Of a stretch of DNA of 32,000 nt, positions 28,343 through 32,000 are shown in pieces. Position numbers and translations under genes: made by a program. Below the pieces are notes generated by a model that was not told the DNA's origin, did not search any database, and was given only the letters and a program-made list of their open reading frames with translations. The stretch comes from an uncultured Chloroflexia bacterium (GTDB lineage: Bacteria; Chloroflexota; Ktedonobacteria; Ktedonobacterales; JADMIN01), in assembly GCA_963718915.1 (NCBI GenBank), contig CAVRAI010000015.1, positions 420,001 through 452,000 on the forward strand. Reading direction: 5' to 3'. Positions within the stretch are counted from its first letter, which is position 1. The number at the start of each line of letters is the position of its first letter.

Positions 28343-30646
28343 CTATGGCTCGTCTGGGGTGGGCTGGTAGTCGCGCATGCTCCAGAACGAGCCGCTGCTC
28401 GGTTGATCGTCATCCTCAGCAGGGTTCGGCAGATCGTCCTCCGCCGAAGGGACGGGATAGAGGTCGAGACGACGCATCCGACGGCGCGGAGCCAGCCATG
28501 GCGCGCTGCTGAGCGGGCGCGAGAACGGCGCTGGTGGTGGCGTATCGCGCTCGACCAGCAGCGTTGGAATGGGAATGAGCCGCGGGGTAATCGATGGCGA
28601 CTGGCTCTCACTCTGGTCGGTCAGATCAAGCCGTGGCGCGCGCAGCAGCGCAACGAGATCGTCAATCGCAGTGCCGGTGTGGCCCGGCCATTCCGGCTCC
28701 ATGCCAAGCCACTGGCGTTCCACGGCGCGGATGACAACACGAAGAGCGCCCTCCAGCCGCAAGCGCTCTTCGCGGTCGCGCTGGAGCACCTCCAGCCGTG
28801 AGGCGGTATCCAGGATGGTCTCCGCAAGCAGCCGATACATGCCCTCGGTGGGAATGGTGGCGATGCCGTGTCCTTTGAGGGCCTGGAGGAGCGCCGATTC
28901 GAGCTTGCCGGTATCGTCCTGCACCTCCTGGCGGAACTGCGTCACCAGATTACGCAGCACATCGGCCTCGTGGCGCCGTGCCCGCGCGATGGCTAGGGCG
29001 CGCTCGCGGCCAGCCTGGATCGCCAGCAGGAGCCACAAGATCCCCAGCAGTCCCACGACAATACAGACGACATCCAGCACCACGGTTGTCGTTGGGTCAA
29101 GTGCGACGACGGAGTTGATGCCGATGCTAACATATAGCCCCGCGAAGATGGCATAGATGGTCAGCGCCCCAATGGCCAGCACGCTGGCAAGCGAGGCGCC
29201 GCCCAGCAGCAGCATGATCGCGATAAGCGTCGGGGCGAGTGCGAGGAGCGACGGACGCGGTCCAAGCACCATCATGGCCCACGCCAGCAGTCCAAGCTGG
29301 GAGACCAGCAGCGCCTGGGGCGCGAAGCGCTTCAGCGTAGCAGATTCGACCAATAGATAGGCGCCCATGCCGCCAAGGCCCGCGATCAGCACGCCCACCA
29401 GCGCCCATGTCCCTGGCGCGCTCGGTTCGCCGTTCAGGCCATACAACGCCGCGAGTAGTCCCAGCATCGCCGCTACGCAGACATGGCAGACAATAACTGG
29501 CATAAGCAGGTCTGCTGGCGGCAACGGCTGCGGGCGATTTCTGCTCTTGCGGCGCATCGGCCAGGGAAGGTAGGGCATGCGGGGATCGTTTTCCCAGACA
29601 AGGTCGGGCGCGGATGTCGATTTGCGACGCCGGTTGCTATACCGGGCGGAAACCGGGCGGGTAATGAAACTCGTCTGTTGCGGGGCTTTATTGGCGTCTG
29701 CCTCATGCTCCTGGCGTTCCTGATGCTCCCGCGCCTCCTGAGCGTTTGCTTGCGCCGCTTGGGCCGCCTGTGCCGCAAGCCTGCTACGCCGCTGCCGCTG
29801 TCGTGTTGCGTTCATGGGAGCATCCGCACGCGATGTGTCCTTCGCGACGGTGGACGCTTCCACGTCGTGCGCTGCGCCCCCCGCCGTATCTGGGATGTCA
29901 GGCGTGGCATCCGATGCCGTATCTGATGGCGGCGGCTGATCCACCGGAGCTGTGTCATCACGCTGTAAGTGCGCCATCACCGCGAGTGTGGGCATGCGCC
30001 GACCCGTCGCCGGAGCCACGGGCGCATCTTCGGCAATGTGTTCCTCGCTGGTTTCTGTGCCATTGTCCCCGGTCACGGCTTCTGGCGTCAGGCCATCCTG
30101 TGCCGCCACTGCCGGTTTGTCGTGTTCAGATCGCTCGGCTGGTTCAATCGGTTCAGTTGGTACAGTTGGTTCAGTCGGCTCCTCCGGGACTTCTGGCGCC
30201 TCAGGAATCTCAGGAATCTCTGGCTGGGGCGCATCCGGCATCTGAGCAATTATGGGCGCTTCGAGGCTCACGACCTCATTGGCCGATGCTTTCGCCGGAG
30301 TCGGCTCTGTCGTTGGCGTCGCGGCGCGCGCCCTGGTTGTTGTCTTCTTAGGTGTCGCCTTACGCCCGGCCATTGTGGAAGGAGCGGAGGCTTTGCGCGC
30401 GGTGGTTTTCGGCGCGGATGCCGTGGATGCCGTGGATGTTGAGGTAGTCACCGATTCGGCGGTCGTTGGTTTGCTGGTTGGGGCGATAAGCTGGGGCGAC
30501 CGCGACGCTCCGCGCCTCTTGCGCGCGTTCGATGGGGTCGCTGCCGTGCCACCTGCGCCGTTTGTGGAAGGTTTTTGTCCCTTCCGTGGTGTCGTCGACG
30601 CCGGGCGACTCTCACTCGGCTTGCCGTCGTGTCGCTGCCTGCTCAT
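28343..30646 (-). CDS. hypothetical 767-aa protein: ~390-aa disordered N-terminus, ~6 TM core, helical C-terminal region
   Basis: Single long ORF with GGGAG upstream of the ATG. Contains a PEIPEIPEAPEVPEEPTEPTVPTEPIEP repeat, an STSTASTAS tract and AQAAQAAQA. No domain recognised. Confidence 0.6.
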   Translation of the reverse strand: MSRQRHDGKPSESRPASTTPRKGQKPSTNGAGGTAATPSNARKRRGASRSPQLIAPTSKPTTAESVTTSTSTASTASAPKTTARKASAPSTMAGRKATPKKTTTRARAATPTTEPTPAKASANEVVSLEAPIIAQMPDAPQPEIPEIPEAPEVPEEPTEPTVPTEPIEPAERSEHDKPAVAAQDGLTPEAVTGDNGTETSEEHIAEDAPVAPATGRRMPTLAVMAHLQRDDTAPVDQPPPSDTASDATPDIPDTAGGAAHDVEASTVAKDTSRADAPMNATRQRQRRSRLAAQAAQAAQANAQEAREHQERQEHEADANKAPQQTSFITRPVSARYSNRRRKSTSAPDLVWENDPRMPYLPWPMRRKSRNRPQPLPPADLLMPVIVCHVCVAAMLGLLAALYGLNGEPSAPGTWALVGVLIAGLGGMGAYLLVESATLKRFAPQALLVSQLGLLAWAMMVLGPRPSLLALAPTLIAIMLLLGGASLASVLAIGALTIYAIFAGLYVSIGINSVVALDPTTTVVLDVVCIVVGLLGILWLLLAIQAGRERALAIARARRHEADVLRNLVTQFRQEVQDDTGKLESALLQALKGHGIATIPTEGMYRLLAETILDTASRLEVLQRDREERLRLEGALRVVIRAVERQWLGMEPEWPGHTGTAIDDLVALLRAPRLDLTDQSESQSPSITPRLIPIPTLLVERDTPPPAPFSRPLSSAPWLAPRRRMRRLDLYPVPSAEDDLPNPAEDDDQPSSGSFWSMRDYQPTPDEP

Positions 30647-30913
30647 CCTGCTCCCGCCTGTCCCTGCAAGCTACGGATGCGTCGACCTGGACCGCCCCGC
30701 ATCCTGCATTAGAACCACTTCCACCCCACCCCGCCGCGAGAACTGTGCCAGCACCGTCTGGCGCTACGAGCGCCGCCCCACCTTGACAGTGATTTCTGTC
30801 TATGCGATAGTGATATCTGGCAGTATGCCGTGTTGGCTTTATTCGGCGCTTACCATCGCATCGCCACACAGTATACGTACCAGGCATTATAACACCAACA
30901 GACTTGCTTGTTA

Positions 30914-31212
30914 CGGCACTGACGGAACGAGTAGGCGCGCCGAGCGTATTCTCAGAGAGTCCGGGGCTGGTGAGACCGGATAGCGCTGGCGCCCGAAAAT
31001 CAATCCTGAGCCGCCACCCGACTCTCCGCTGTGTGAGGGCAGGCGTGGCCGGAATCCCGTCCGTTATCATACGGGGGGACATGTACACGTGTCCCAATTG
31101 AGCGGATTGCTGCGCGCGCTCATCTATGTAAACGAACGAGCGGCCACAGCAGTCATTTCGGGTGGTACCGCGAGAGATGCTCTCGCCCCGTTGGGGTGAG
31201 GGCCTTTTTTAT
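30914..31212 (+). promoter_or_regulatory. T-box riboswitch leader (transcription attenuation type)
   Basis: Elements occur in canonical order: K-turn, AGUA/GAA S-turn, AGAGA bulge, distal loop GGCUGGUGAGA, F-box CCGUUA (31061-66) and T-box CGGGUGGUACCGCG (31159-72). Antiterminator and terminator structures compete. Details are in the findings. Confidence 0.85.
31180..31210 (+). terminator. T-box terminator helix with U-tract
   Basis: CUCUCGCCCC (31180-89) pairs with GGGGUGAGGG (31193-202), with a 3-nt loop, then CC and UUUUUU (31205-10). Confidence 0.8.
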
Positions 31213-31288
31213 TGTGCGCGCTAACGAGCGTTCCAGTCACCGCGACGATGAAGATGCTGGCTGAGACCAGGAAGGCGGGGAATTAGCG

Positions 31289-32000
31289 ATGGACGTGCAA
31301 TCTCCAACAACATTATTGCTCTACGCGACCGATAGCTATCTGAGCGGGTTCACGGCGCAGGTTGTCGCGACCGATGGGAGGAGCGTGGCGCTCGACCAGA
31401 CCGCCTTCTATCCCGGCGGGGGCGGCCAGATGGCCGACCGTGGCAAGCTGATACTGCTGACCGATGGGCGTCGTCTCGCCGTGGCGGGATTGAGCAAGCG
31501 CGACGGTGTCGTCTGGCACGAGCTGGCCGAGGACGCGGGCGAGCCGCCCGCCGTTGGCGCGAGTGGTCGCTGGGGAGATTGATTGGCCCTTCCGCTTTCA
31601 CATGATGCGCACGCATACCGCGCTTCACCTGCTCTGCGGCCTGATCTTTCGCGAATATGGCGCGCAGGTGACCGGCGGACAGATGTACCCCGACCGGGCG
31701 CGGATGGACTTCGCCCTCGGCACGATGACACCGGACTTCCTGCATGGCATCGAGCGGAGCGTCAATGAGGCGGTCGCGGCGGATCATCCCATTAAGGTCT
31801 ATGAATTGCCCCGTGATGAAGCGCTGCAAATTCCCGATTTGATACGTACCAAGATTAATCTGCTGCCGCCAGAGATTACCAGGATCCGCATCGTCGAGAT
31901 CGTCGGTGTGGATCTGCAAGCGGACGGCGGCACACACGTTCATAGCACGCGCGAGGTAGGTGGCATCAAGGTGCTGCGAACCGAGAATAAAGGCAAAGAA
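31289..32000 (+). pseudogene. AlaX-family (tRNA_SAD, HxxxH) trans-editing protein, interrupted by an apparent frameshift; 3' end outside the window
   Basis: The N-terminal part (31289-31582) reads ...LDQTAFYPGGGGQMADRG.... The continuation is in another frame: ...VVAGEIDWPFRFHMMRTHTALHLLCG...QADGGTHVHSTREVGGIKVL.... The two frames overlap only between 31494 and 31582. Confidence 0.75.

Noticed and set aside
30850-30877. TTACCA-N16-TATACG as the T-box promoter
   Set aside because: Both hexamers match only weakly and there are alternative candidates nearby. It is left unannotated pending TSS data.
30252-30983. 243-aa plus-strand ORF spanning the 5' end of the 767-aa gene and the T-box upstream region
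   Set aside because: It is antisense to a long ORF and runs into the structured T-box Stem I. The product is low-complexity with no SD.

Overview
GC-rich bacterial chromosomal window, about 90% coding and mostly housekeeping. The phylum cannot be assigned without a database search. SD-led genes, a transcriptional T-box and hairpin-module repeats would fit a Terrabacteria lineage such as Chloroflexota or Actinomycetota (inference only). Genes I can support: mnmA (5' partial), lepA, hutU with an arginase-family hydrolase, ftsH, a MoxR-like ATPase with a CoxE-type VWA partner, a ParA-like ATPase followed by two DUF4870-like membrane paralogs and recX, an ANTAR response regulator coupled to a PSP1/RicT-like gene, an HtrA protease, and a PadR / membrane protein / ABC ATPase / double-FtsX permease module. 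There are also two GNATs, a DUF3267-like HExxH membrane protein and several orphans. No rRNA, tRNA or CRISPR was seen. Four observations stand out. (1) A complete T-box riboswitch (30914-31212) sits in front of an AlaX-family trans-editing gene. Its specifier and discriminator readout points to tRNA-Ile rather than Ala, Ser or Thr. (2) That AlaX-like gene carries an apparent frameshift. (3) A RAYT-like HUH tyrosine transposase is bracketed by inverted two-hairpin REP-like modules. Further modules enclose an AT-richer DUF4177-like gene, and a larger cluster separates the moxR and VWA genes. (4) An MFS-transporter remnant lies next to an AT-richer non-coding stretch that holds an SD-led 18-codon ORF. 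I did not find a clear multi-gene system of novel function. The T-box/AlaX pairing and the REP/RAYT system are the best candidates.
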